Source: Candidatus Gottesmanbacteria bacterium
GTDB lineage: Bacteria > Patescibacteriota > Microgenomatia > UBA10105 > UBA927
Reading direction: 5' to 3'
NCBI GenBank assembly: GCA_043798445.1
Contig: JAZDOQ010000027.1
Coordinates: 1,265 to 65,264 of the forward strand
Length of the DNA: 64,000 bases
A model generated the notes under the pieces. The model was not told where the DNA came from and made no database searches. It saw nothing but the letters and a program-made list of their open reading frames with translations. This document shows positions 7,644 to 16,680 of the stretch, piece after piece; position 1 is the stretch's first letter; the number at the start of each line of letters is the position of its first letter. Both the position numbers and the translations under genes were made by a program.

Positions 7644-10600
7644 ATGGGAGAAAAAGAATCATCAGGAAAAAAAGGTAAGGAAATTGAAGAGATTGCGCGC
7701 GTGGTAGGTAAAGCCGTTGCTCCAAAAGTCGAAACCGTTTCTAATACATCCTCTCCAGAAAAATCGTCAAAAAAAGTAGAAAAAAAGGGTAAAAAATCAG
7801 TAGAGGTTCCAAAATCAAAACTTCAGCCATTGGAAATATCAGTAGAAGGAAAATTTGAAACGTTAGCGCCAAGGAATGAGGCCATAGTACACGTCATTGA
7901 ATCTTCAACAAAGGGAGAATTAAACCGCATTTTACATGGAAAAGTTCCCAAAGATGTTCAAATGATTAATATGATGGATAGGGTGGCAGAGCTGATGGAG
8001 GGTGGGGGTACACCAGATGATGTAAAGAATTTTTACATGCATAATAGAAGTACTGTCGCAGGATTGGAAGGAGAATTGCAGGTGTGCGGAGAGATTCTAA
8101 ATTTAGGAGATCGGTATCCATCTGGAGAGGCAGCATATCAATCGGTTCTTGCAGAAGGTGGGACCGGTACCCCAAGGGCTGCTACAAAACCGTTCTATGA
8201 AAATTATACTTTTAAAGCAAGTGGCGAGGCGGAAAAAAACGTGACTCTTGCAAGAAAATCAGCGGGTGAAGAAATTGTGGACTCTGAAACCGCAAGAAAT
8301 ATTGCAAAACATTTTGAAGATCGATTATTGAAAGGGGATTTTGCAGGAGACGAGACGGAAATGCAGCGAATGATTGCTGACATTCGAAGTAAGGGGAATG
8401 AATTGCGATATGGGGCAAATGAAGAACATTTTTCAAGCATTTATTTATCCAAAGAGGAGCTAGCGTTATTAATTCAAAATCCAATGTTGTTTTTTATGAT
8501 GAAATTGGATTTTATGGAGCGGGAGCTTCACGATCCGAATGCGCCATTATTTAAGGCTTCCATGAATCGTCTACAGCTTGCCCAGGAGTTATTTGGGAAT
8601 GAAAATTTCGATATTACGCGTCTTCATTCCAATGCAGAACCAGGAGAATTAAAAATGCTTTTGAATGATGTGCAGAAAGAAATGCATTCACCGATGAAAT
8701 CACAAGTTTCTGAAATGGTCGATTCACGTATTACCGCAATGTTTACCACGCACGATTTAAACACCTCAACAGACGCAGCCAAATTCGCCGAAAACATGAA
8801 AAATAAAGGAGACCGTCCATACTTATTCGCTCAAACGAGTGAGGGTGGATTAGTTGGAGAATTCAAGGGGCGATTGGAAGCCAATTTACGTCAAGTAACA
8901 CCGCAAGGTTTGCGGAGGCGGGAGTTTGTGGACACGTATCATCAAACCCAAGCAATAAATTTGACTATTAATCAATTTGAAGAAGAATATCCATTACTGC
9001 ACAGGCAAAAAATTATTGACTATTTATTATATTTTCAACAGCCAAATGCCGATGGGACGAAAGAATTATCGCAGGATATCATTAATTATGTTGATGGAAT
9101 GAAGCACGAAATAATTAAATCAATCGTTCGAAGATCAGAAAACGCCATGCGGTTGGAAATGCGTATGCCAGCTCTCATGACCCGAGGAATTGGTGCACAC
9201 GAGTATATGAGTATTAAAGGTGGTTCAAGTGATGTCATGCAAAAATTTACACTTGAATCAACAGACGTTGTTGAAGAAGGTGCTGCAGGAGCACTACTTC
9301 CACGCGAATTTAAACTCCGTAAATTTTTTAAAGGAGACCCCAACAGCATTATTGAACGAACCTTGTGGAATCATGCTGCAAGATTTACTGCGAATTTGGA
9401 CCCCATGGTAAAAAGAGAAACAAACGCAGTTGTAGACCAGCTTCTTCATGATTTGAATCTGCCTGCAAATGGAACAGAACTACAGAAATCCCTCAGAACC
9501 CGTGCAATAGAACGTACATATTACATGTTAAAAATGGATAATAAAGGTCGTGAGACAGAAGAGATTTTTAATAAGATGAAACACACATTAATAGAGCAAG
9601 CGCTAAAAAAAGGTCTTAGTGAAGAAGATGGGAAAAAAGCATTGAATAATTTAAAAAACCCGAATTTTCAACAACTCCTTATCGATCAAGCAAACTCTAT
9701 GAATTCAGATGGGAGCTTTAATGAATTAGTAAAAACAGAAGTTGGTGGAAATGTGTTGCAGATGCGATTATTTCGTGCATACCTATTTTTAGATAGTTTA
9801 TGGCGAAGCGATACATATTTAAAATCACTCCGTACTGGACTTCAGTTTGGTGGCGACAGATCTGTCGGAACAGCCCTCCACGCATCCGGTCTAGCCGTAC
9901 ATTTTGGAGTGTTTAAGGACCATGAAACTAAAAAGGAAGCAATACAAAATTTATCTAGAACAATTAAAAAAACAATAGAGCTTCGTCCGCAAGGAGTTGC
10001 AGAAATGCTTATTGATGGAGAGGACAGAAAGTTTAATACATGGGCGTTTGATAAAAAAAGAGAGGAATATGCATTTCCGGAAGATTGGATTGCTGTTCTT
10101 GACCGACGGTTTATTATGACGAACCAGATGATTCAACGGCAAGATTTGCCGGCAATTCGATATCAGGATTCAAAAACATTTGTGGATTTAGCAGGGAAAG
10201 TGGGGACGCCAGAATATGAAGCAATAAAGACAAAAGCTACATTGACTGCAGAAGCATTTAAGAATTTGCCCTTAGAGAAGCAAGATGAACTTAACAAAAA
10301 ATTTGCATCCCTTCTTGATGTGCATCATGAACATGATGAGTTTGAAGGCGCAATCAAGAAATTGATGAAGGAATCGCCCGATGTAGAAGAACAAATGGCG
10401 CGAGATTGGGTGGAATGGCGCTTGGTTCAACAATTTGAAGCAGCTCAAAGCATTTTTACTATTCAACTGCAGGATGTTGTTATTCAACCGGATGAAGTGA
10501 ATCCTCCTCCTGGTCAGGAAAAGAGCAAAGGAATAAAAATTACTCCAATTAACGATATAAAAACATATTTTGAAGATATGAAGGGATTACATGATGAAAT

Positions 10601-11465
10601 TTCAAAGGATGAAGGTGACTATGTGAAACAACTTGGCTCCATACATTACGCCCGGCAATATTTGAACATTCGATGGATTGATGATAACCCACAATATCTG
10701 ATGGAAAATCCAGAACAATTTAAAGATCGGTATACGCAGGAATACACACTATATGCGAAAGCAAATGGGACAGAGGTAAAGCCTTATACTACACTTGAAA
10801 CAAGGGAGGGTATGGGGCCTGCCGCAAAACATGGGAGAGGTGTTGCAGATTTGGCAAAAGCAATGGGTTCAGCAGACAGTTGGATGTCGCTTAAAGGAGG
10901 ATTTTCAAATGATGATAAAGAATTCGATAAGCTGATAATTGAATGGAGGGATTCAATGGTGGGATACCAAGGATGGGATCCTGCAACAGAAGGAATCGGA
11001 GAATGGTATGCGGCGCACACAGATAATATGCAAACAATTCCTGGAAGAGAAAAGAGGCATGACTCCTCTGTTGATCGTGAGGCAAGAGGTCCAATTGGTA
11101 AATCTGAAGATTTACAGATGGGTGCAGAACGTTGGGAAAAGTTGAGTGGCGTGCTTGGTAATTTGGATGACATAAATCCCGAACTTGATGATAAAGTAAA
11201 AGATGTTTTGCGTATTTCAACATTACATATTGGAAAATTAAATACACACATCTCCTGGAGTTCTATGGCAGAAAAGTTTCCACCACTCAAGACGTTTTTG
11301 GGTGGAAAATTATATAGATTTTTAAATAAAAATTTTGATCTTGGGTTATTCCAGTATAAAATGCGAAACGTTGGGCTTTACGCAGCAGTTTTAGGTCTTA
11401 TTTATGCCGGAAAAATGGTTGAAAAAGGAACAGAGGATTCTTCAGGTGGCGGTAAATCAAAATAA
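7644..11465 (+). CDS. 1273-aa orphan protein, highly charged (K/E/D-rich), single C-terminal hydrophobic anchor
   Basis: Long uninterrupted ORF with no recognisable catalytic motifs. The C-terminus is VGLYAAVLGLIYAGKMV followed by a GGGKSK tail. It sits between the VirD4-like/nadDE unit and the convergent VirB6-like gene. Confidence 0.6.
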   Translation: MGEKESSGKKGKEIEEIARVVGKAVAPKVETVSNTSSPEKSSKKVEKKGKKSVEVPKSKLQPLEISVEGKFETLAPRNEAIVHVIESSTKGELNRILHGKVPKDVQMINMMDRVAELMEGGGTPDDVKNFYMHNRSTVAGLEGELQVCGEILNLGDRYPSGEAAYQSVLAEGGTGTPRAATKPFYENYTFKASGEAEKNVTLARKSAGEEIVDSETARNIAKHFEDRLLKGDFAGDETEMQRMIADIRSKGNELRYGANEEHFSSIYLSKEELALLIQNPMLFFMMKLDFMERELHDPNAPLFKASMNRLQLAQELFGNENFDITRLHSNAEPGELKMLLNDVQKEMHSPMKSQVSEMVDSRITAMFTTHDLNTSTDAAKFAENMKNKGDRPYLFAQTSEGGLVGEFKGRLEANLRQVTPQGLRRREFVDTYHQTQAINLTINQFEEEYPLLHRQKIIDYLLYFQQPNADGTKELSQDIINYVDGMKHEIIKSIVRRSENAMRLEMRMPALMTRGIGAHEYMSIKGGSSDVMQKFTLESTDVVEEGAAGALLPREFKLRKFFKGDPNSIIERTLWNHAARFTANLDPMVKRETNAVVDQLLHDLNLPANGTELQKSLRTRAIERTYYMLKMDNKGRETEEIFNKMKHTLIEQALKKGLSEEDGKKALNNLKNPNFQQLLIDQANSMNSDGSFNELVKTEVGGNVLQMRLFRAYLFLDSLWRSDTYLKSLRTGLQFGGDRSVGTALHASGLAVHFGVFKDHETKKEAIQNLSRTIKKTIELRPQGVAEMLIDGEDRKFNTWAFDKKREEYAFPEDWIAVLDRRFIMTNQMIQRQDLPAIRYQDSKTFVDLAGKVGTPEYEAIKTKATLTAEAFKNLPLEKQDELNKKFASLLDVHHEHDEFEGAIKKLMKESPDVEEQMARDWVEWRLVQQFEAAQSIFTIQLQDVVIQPDEVNPPPGQEKSKGIKITPINDIKTYFEDMKGLHDEISKDEGDYVKQLGSIHYARQYLNIRWIDDNPQYLMENPEQFKDRYTQEYTLYAKANGTEVKPYTTLETREGMGPAAKHGRGVADLAKAMGSADSWMSLKGGFSNDDKEFDKLIIEWRDSMVGYQGWDPATEGIGEWYAAHTDNMQTIPGREKRHDSSVDREARGPIGKSEDLQMGAERWEKLSGVLGNLDDINPELDDKVKDVLRISTLHIGKLNTHISWSSMAEKFPPLKTFLGGKLYRFLNKNFDLGLFQYKMRNVGLYAAVLGLIYAGKMVEKGTEDSSGGGKSK

Positions 11466-11470
11466 ATACT

Positions 11471-12928
11471 TTACTTTCCTCCTACCGCTTTTGTAATATT
11501 CTCACTCATCTTCTCCATTTGTTTTTTCGATACAGCCATTTGGAATAGTTGCATTCCTATTTGTGTTGGTGCAGCAAGCATTCCTCCAAGTTCACCGATT
11601 CCCCCCTGGAGCCCTGGTTTTGGTTTAAGGGCCTCGTTAATCATTTTTCCGACGTTTGGAATCATGAATAGAATGCCTAATGATATAAGCGCTCCAATAC
11701 TTGTTGCGTTGTTTACAAAAAGTCCAGCATATGGTGGATGCCATAGGGTACCATCAGTATTTGATAGCTGCATAAATACTGCAGAAAGAAGAAAGAGAAC
11801 ACTTGCTGCTGGAAAAATGAGAATGTTGGCGATAAGTCCTCGAAACCAAGAATCAAACGCTTTACTTCCGGGAACCGCCTCAAGCAGAAGCTGAAAAGGA
11901 GCAAAAACAAGCGCAATGATTATTTTAATATATGTGCTTAAAAAGAAAACAAAGAGACGAATAAACAAAAGGAGCAATCCGATGCTAAATAGCACTCCTA
12001 TCAATGCAGGAGCCAAACTTAACACAAGAAAAGCGATTGCAACAACGGGCATTGAAATAGATGCAATAGCAAGGCCAATTCCACCCAGCGCTAAAAAATT
12101 AGCACCAGCGATTTCCGCCGGATCATGAATACCAAGGATAATTCTATAAAATAATTGAGATTCGGGAATGTTTGCAAACACCTGGTGCCATAGTGTTCCG
12201 TCAGTGATGGAACCAGTAGGTCCTTGAGGAAGCATGTTTGTTGATTGAAACACACTTCCAACAAGGGCAATTAATAGATACATAACATCAATTGCAATAC
12301 CACCGATTGCATCTGAAAAAGTTACTAAGAGTAAAGTGATGACAATTTTTGGGAGAGCATTTTGTACCGTAACAACGGTTTTTGGATCAATTTTTTTTCG
12401 AAACATTACCATGAAACCAATTGTTACCATAATGAGTGCAAGAACTACATAGGCGATGTCGCGGAATACTTTCCATACAGGAAGAAGAGCTGTTAATCCC
12501 GAAAAACCAATGCCTTGTGCGTAAGCCTGTTTTGGAATAAAGCCAAGCGTTTGTCCAATATCCTGAACAAATGCATACGTTGAAGCAGGGGGTGTTATAT
12601 ACATGCTTGTTATGTATGAAGATATCGAATTAAGAGCGCTCGCCTTTAATAATTTTTGATTGTAAGGAGAATTAAGTGACGCGTCACTTGTGGTTATGCC
12701 GGGAACCGGACCAAGTACGCGTCGTATAAAGTCTGAATACGTATTGGTATTGACATTTGACACATGCGCTGCTGCATTAACATCGCCACTGGTTGCCGCT
12801 GCCTCCATGCTTGCTGCATACCCCGTATCAACCCAAGAAGTGGATTCTGCTTGTGCTGCATGAATGGGCGAGAGAAGACAAAAAGAAGCAAAGACAATCA
12901 AAAATAGTAATATAAACACCCGTTTCAT
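11471..12928 (-). CDS. VirB6/TrbL-like polytopic inner-membrane protein
   Basis: Signal peptide MKRVFILLFLIVFASFCLLSPIHAAQA, a ~150-aa extracytoplasmic region, then about 7-8 hydrophobic helices. It lies directly upstream (minus strand) of the pilin paralog array. Confidence 0.45.
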   Translation of the reverse strand: MKRVFILLFLIVFASFCLLSPIHAAQAESTSWVDTGYAASMEAAATSGDVNAAAHVSNVNTNTYSDFIRRVLGPVPGITTSDASLNSPYNQKLLKASALNSISSYITSMYITPPASTYAFVQDIGQTLGFIPKQAYAQGIGFSGLTALLPVWKVFRDIAYVVLALIMVTIGFMVMFRKKIDPKTVVTVQNALPKIVITLLLVTFSDAIGGIAIDVMYLLIALVGSVFQSTNMLPQGPTGSITDGTLWHQVFANIPESQLFYRIILGIHDPAEIAGANFLALGGIGLAIASISMPVVAIAFLVLSLAPALIGVLFSIGLLLLFIRLFVFFLSTYIKIIIALVFAPFQLLLEAVPGSKAFDSWFRGLIANILIFPAASVLFLLSAVFMQLSNTDGTLWHPPYAGLFVNNATSIGALISLGILFMIPNVGKMINEALKPKPGLQGGIGELGGMLAAPTQIGMQLFQMAVSKKQMEKMSENITKAVGGK

Positions 12929-12966
12929 ATTGGTATTATCCGTTACTTTATATACTGCGTCAAGAT

Positions 12967-13323
12967 TTATGGCACCATCTGGATGCGAAATATTGTTAAG
13001 TTTTCAACCCCTGTTACTTGTTGGATAACAAGAAGAATAAGGTAGCTTCCTACGAGAACCGCAAGCCCAATGATGGCATTAGTGATCGTTCCCTTAGCTT
13101 TTTCCAGTTTTTTTTGATCTCCCCCGGAAAAAAGGAAGGTAAAACCTCCCATAACAAGCATGACAAATAATACAACCCCGGCTAACGCTGTAACAGCTTG
13201 AATAATGTTTGAGAACAAAGAGGCGAGCGATCCGATGGTTGCAACATCAGCAACTGCATCTGCGGGCAAATCACTTGCTTTTTCAAGATTAGTCCAGGTT
13301 GGAATTTGTGCAAGTATATTCAT
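12967..13323 (-). CDS. TrbC/VirB2-like T4SS pilin family protein (paralog 1)
   Basis: 118 aa with an N-terminal leader, a hydrophobic helix, the conserved GGDQKKLEKAKGTITNAIIGLAVLVGSYLILLVI motif and a second TM helix. Confidence 0.6.
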   Translation of the reverse strand: MNILAQIPTWTNLEKASDLPADAVADVATIGSLASLFSNIIQAVTALAGVVLFVMLVMGGFTFLFSGGDQKKLEKAKGTITNAIIGLAVLVGSYLILLVIQQVTGVENLTIFRIQMVP

Positions 13324-13346
13324 ACTATAATAAGTATATCAGATAT

Positions 13347-13375
13347 CAAAAACCCCGCATACGCGGGGTTTTTGT
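13347..13375 (-). terminator. bidirectional rho-independent terminator hairpin CCCCGCATACGCGGGG flanked by A5/T5
   Basis: Perfect 6-bp GC stem at 13353-13368 with T-runs on both sides, immediately downstream of pilin paralog 2. Confidence 0.7.
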
Positions 13376-13392
13376 ATATACTCTTATTTTTC

Positions 13393-13731
13393 TTAATATG
13401 GTTTTGGAAGGTTGATACCTTGTGAACCAATAATATTGACGCCTAAGAAACTCTGCACAAGCATCATAATTGCCCATGCCGCCCCGACGATAATAAGTCC
13501 GACAATTGCATGTGTAATTTTATTTCGTGCTGTTTCCATGGCTGCTTTGTCTCCACCTGAGGTAATCCACTGAAGACCGCCTAAGATAAGAAACAAAAAT
13601 GCCATAAGTGCTGCGAGAATAAGGAGTGTTCCGACGACCGCACTGACAAGTTGTCCAATATCAGTAATACGGACACCTGCCGGCTGTGGAACCGTGATAT
13701 CAGCTGCAAATAATTTTTCTAACATAAACAT
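13393..13731 (-). CDS. T4SS pilin family protein (paralog 2; followed by a strong terminator, candidate major pilin)
   Basis: LILGGLQWITSGGDKAAMETARNKITHAIVGLIIVGAAWAIMMLV; 112 aa. Confidence 0.6.
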   Translation of the reverse strand: MFMLEKLFAADITVPQPAGVRITDIGQLVSAVVGTLLILAALMAFLFLILGGLQWITSGGDKAAMETARNKITHAIVGLIIVGAAWAIMMLVQSFLGVNIIGSQGINLPKPY

Positions 13732-13782
13732 TCCCCCTTTTTAGAATAGATTTATTATACGATATATTTTTGCATTCAGCAA

Positions 13783-14127
13783 TCAACCCTTAAATGAAGG
13801 GATTATTAATGCTTTAATATCAATTCCCAGGAATTGTCCGACAAGGGTGAAAATTGCATACGCAGCGGCAACGATAACAAGCCCAACTAATGCGTTCGTA
13901 ATTTTATTCCGCGCTTGTTCAAGTTGCGCCTTTTCTCCACCCGATGTAAGCCATTGAATACCGCCCATGATCAGGTAAAGAAGTGTAAGAAGAAATGCAA
14001 AAATAAAAAGGAGTCCAACAATATTACTAATGAGACTCCCTATAATTGTTCCACCTCGTTCCGTGCTGCCGGAGCCAAGCGCGGGGGGAAGTACCGGATT
14101 TCGTAATTCTGCAAGTGTGTGATTCAT
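13783..14127 (-). CDS. T4SS pilin family protein (paralog 3)
   Basis: IMGGIQWLTSGGEKAQLEQARNKITNALVGLVIVAAAYAIF. The start was moved to the ATG at 14125-14127 (MNHTLAEL) to avoid a 125-nt overlap with the upstream gene. Confidence 0.55.
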   Translation of the reverse strand: MNHTLAELRNPVLPPALGSGSTERGGTIIGSLISNIVGLLFIFAFLLTLLYLIMGGIQWLTSGGEKAQLEQARNKITNALVGLVIVAAAYAIFTLVGQFLGIDIKALIIPSFKG

Positions 14128-14131
14128 ATTG

Positions 14132-14512
14132 TTATTTAAATTGAATAAGTTCTCCGACCGACGATGGCAAAAGAATGGTGTCCCAGCCAAAAAATTGTCC
14201 GGCAAGGGCAAGAATTGCCCAGCCGGCAACAACAACAACAAGTCCAATAAACGCATTGGATATTTTGTCGCGCGCCTCTGTTAGCTTTGCTTTGTCGCCA
14301 GCCGCAGTGATCCAACTGATGCCCCCCATGGTAACCTGTATAAGAAACCAAATAGCAGCAACAATAGTGAGAAGTCCGATAATCGCCGAGATGGCATTGG
14401 TAAATGCGGAGAATGCGGTTGGACCAGTAAATGTTGTTCCCCCGAAAGGACCGAGTCCTGCGTCTGGACCCGTGCCACCAATCTTTCCAAGATCAACAGC
14501 AAGTAGTTTCAT
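14132..14512 (-). CDS. T4SS pilin family protein (paralog 4)
   Basis: VTMGGISWITAAGDKAKLTEARDKISNAFIGLVVVVAGWAILA; 126 aa. Confidence 0.55.
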   Translation of the reverse strand: MKLLAVDLGKIGGTGPDAGLGPFGGTTFTGPTAFSAFTNAISAIIGLLTIVAAIWFLIQVTMGGISWITAAGDKAKLTEARDKISNAFIGLVVVVAGWAILALAGQFFGWDTILLPSSVGELIQFK

Positions 14513-14516
14513 ATAG

Positions 14517-14882
14517 TTATTTTCCTGGTCCGTAAATTATCGGATTAAGCATAAACATCGGATTACCGAACAATAAATAGCCAAATAATGCGGCAATGAC
14601 AAAAGATCCGGCAATGATGGCAAGACCCAAGAGTGTCTGCCAGATTTTGTCCCATGCTTTAGTAAGCGCTTTTGTGTCTCCGCCCGCGCTCATATAGCCA
14701 TATCCGGCAAGAATAAGATTAATAAACGCATAGATGCCTGCAACGGCGAAAATTAGACGGAGAATGTTGCTAAAAAACGGAACTAACCCCACATCCACAT
14801 TTCCATATTTGTTAAGAGGGTTTTCAATTTTTCCGATGATATCGGTTGCATCCTTGGCGTATATGCGTTCAATAAATGTCAT
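14517..14882 (-). CDS. T4SS pilin family protein (paralog 5)
   Basis: GYGYMSAGGDTKALTKAWDKIWQTLLGLAIIAGSFVIAALF; 121 aa. Confidence 0.5.
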   Translation of the reverse strand: MTFIERIYAKDATDIIGKIENPLNKYGNVDVGLVPFFSNILRLIFAVAGIYAFINLILAGYGYMSAGGDTKALTKAWDKIWQTLLGLAIIAGSFVIAALFGYLLFGNPMFMLNPIIYGPGK

Positions 14883-14883
14883 A

Positions 14884-15210
14884 TTATTTCGGTAAAATAG
14901 TCACTCCGGTAATAATTTCAATTATTTGTATAATCCAATACGATGCAAAAATAAGAACAAGACCTGTTATGGCTGAGGTGATTGCCTGTTTGCTTTGTTC
15001 GGCCTTTTTTGCGTCGCCACTACCTGCTGATACTATAAAGCTAAAACCGCCAAAAATCAATAAAACAAGAAAAATAACACCGGCAATTACAAATGCATTT
15101 TTAAGAAGAACATCAACAAATGCACCAATGGTTGGGAAAGATTTGGCCGGAGCGAAGGTTTGACCAATGTCAACTGTTGGTGCTGGAGTAGCGGCAAAAA
15201 TGCGTTCCAT
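14884..15210 (-). CDS. T4SS pilin family protein (paralog 6)
   Basis: IFGGFSFIVSAGSGDAKKAEQSKQAITSAITGLVLIFASYWII. The start was moved to the ATG at 15208-15210 (MERIFAAT). Confidence 0.5.
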   Translation of the reverse strand: MERIFAATPAPTVDIGQTFAPAKSFPTIGAFVDVLLKNAFVIAGVIFLVLLIFGGFSFIVSAGSGDAKKAEQSKQAITSAITGLVLIFASYWIIQIIEIITGVTILPK

Positions 15211-15278
15211 AGTAAAAAGTGTACGAAATATCAGGAAAGAACACAAGCGGGGCTTTATGGTATAGTAAGGAAGCTTGT

Positions 15279-15818
15279 ATGGACGACGCAAAATTAATTT
15301 CCCGAATACTTGCACGTGATGAACGGGCCCTCCACGAGTTTTATGTTGCGTACTCCCCAAAACTTCGAAGGTTTATCCAAACAAAAGTTCAGAATCCAAA
15401 TGATTGCGAAGATATCTTCCAAGATACCCTGTATGCGTTTTTGGATGCAATCCGTGATTTTCAAGGCAGCTGTCAGATGAACACGTTTTTGCAATCAATC
15501 TGTAACCATAAAATCATTGATTATTACCGGAAAAAGAAGCTACGAAACATTGTATTTTCTCAATTTCCTGAAGTTGATGGTCTTATTTCGCCGCTTCTCA
15601 ATCCTGAAGAAGCGCTTGACGAGATCGTATTGCGGGAAGAATTACATAAAACATTAAACAAGCTGCTTCCACAATATAAGCTCGTATTATATGCGCGGTA
15701 TATCTTAAATATGCCGGTTGTTGAAATTGCAAAGAAATTTGCCACAACCCTAAAAGGCGCAGAATCCATGCTGTTTCGAGCAAAAAAAGCATTCGCTAAA
15801 AATCATGAACACGTTTAA
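15279..15818 (+). CDS. ECF-type RNA polymerase sigma-70 family factor
   Basis: Region 2 (EDIFQDTLYAFLDAIRDFQG) and region 4 (VLYARYILNMPVVEIAKKFATTLKGAESMLFRAKKAF). The start at MDDAKLISRI (ATG 15279) is likely. Confidence 0.75.
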   Translation: MDDAKLISRILARDERALHEFYVAYSPKLRRFIQTKVQNPNDCEDIFQDTLYAFLDAIRDFQGSCQMNTFLQSICNHKIIDYYRKKKLRNIVFSQFPEVDGLISPLLNPEEALDEIVLREELHKTLNKLLPQYKLVLYARYILNMPVVEIAKKFATTLKGAESMLFRAKKAFAKNHEHV

Positions 15819-16035
15819 GTACGATAAATTTGTTGCCAGGTGGAAAGAAACAACAGAACTTGCTCCTCAAGGTGTTGGTCCATTGACTGGTGTGTATAAA
15901 CGGTTAACGCACCGGTTAAAAATTATGCCTATCCCGACGCTTGTCCTTGTCAGCCTCGTTCTTGTATCTGGTGTTGTTTTTTTCCTCGGTCCTTCTATTG
16001 CGTCTTTTGTGACATTTCTCCAACGAGGGTTTTAA
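15805..16035 (+). CDS. small membrane protein, candidate anti-sigma factor
   Basis: 76 aa overlapping the sigma gene 3' end by 14 nt; C-terminal TM helix IPTLVLVSLVLVSGVVFFLG. Confidence 0.3.
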   Translation: MNTFKYDKFVARWKETTELAPQGVGPLTGVYKRLTHRLKIMPIPTLVLVSLVLVSGVVFFLGPSIASFVTFLQRGF

Positions 16036-16058
16036 TCTTCTTTTACGACTAATACTAT

Positions 16059-16676
16059 ATGAGGGGATCAATCCTACGTGGGTGTATTGGATTTATACGA
16101 TCATCAATCGGACTCATAACCACGCCGTATGAAACATATCGCCGGATTGTGAATCACGGATCGTTATGGGAGCTGGTTCCGCTCGGCGTGTTGCTTTCTT
16201 GCTATTTTGCCATATCTTCGTTAGTTAAAACTGCAGCGTTTCGTCCATACATATTAACAAAGCATTTTATTCTTCTTGCTATGGTTGTTCTCGCAACATA
16301 TTCCATAACTGTATTGTTATTATGGGGAGTTTCAAAGCTGTTGCGTGGAAAGGGTGACATCCGCTCATTGGGGATTGCGTGGGGATATACACTCATTCCA
16401 ACATTATTATGGTTTTTGGCAACATCACTTTTATACGTGATATTTCCTCCACCAAGAACAGGAAGACCATTGGGAATACTGTTTAGCGCACTTTATTTAT
16501 CATTTTCAACGGCGCTCTTTTTTTGGAAAGCCATGCTTTCATATTTGACACTTCGTTTTGGCATGCGGCTTGATTTGTGGAGGATTATTGCCGTGTTTTT
16601 TATAGTTGGAGGCGTGATGGCAATATATAGCATTGGGATGTATCGGTTGGGAATATTTAAAGTGCCGTTTATATAA
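16059..16676 (+). CDS. polytopic membrane protein (Yip1-like fold suspected)
   Basis: 205 aa with five hydrophobic helices; no catalytic motif. Confidence 0.3.
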   Translation: MRGSILRGCIGFIRSSIGLITTPYETYRRIVNHGSLWELVPLGVLLSCYFAISSLVKTAAFRPYILTKHFILLAMVVLATYSITVLLLWGVSKLLRGKGDIRSLGIAWGYTLIPTLLWFLATSLLYVIFPPPRTGRPLGILFSALYLSFSTALFFWKAMLSYLTLRFGMRLDLWRIIAVFFIVGGVMAIYSIGMYRLGIFKVPFI

Positions 16677-16680
16677 CACT

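Noticed and set aside
7644-11465. Possibility that the 1273-aa protein is the missing conjugative relaxase (HHEHDEFEG stretch near residue 890)
   Set aside because: There is no HUH/3-His motif with an upstream catalytic Tyr, and no oriT-like inverted repeat nearby; the histidine-rich stretch is probably incidental.
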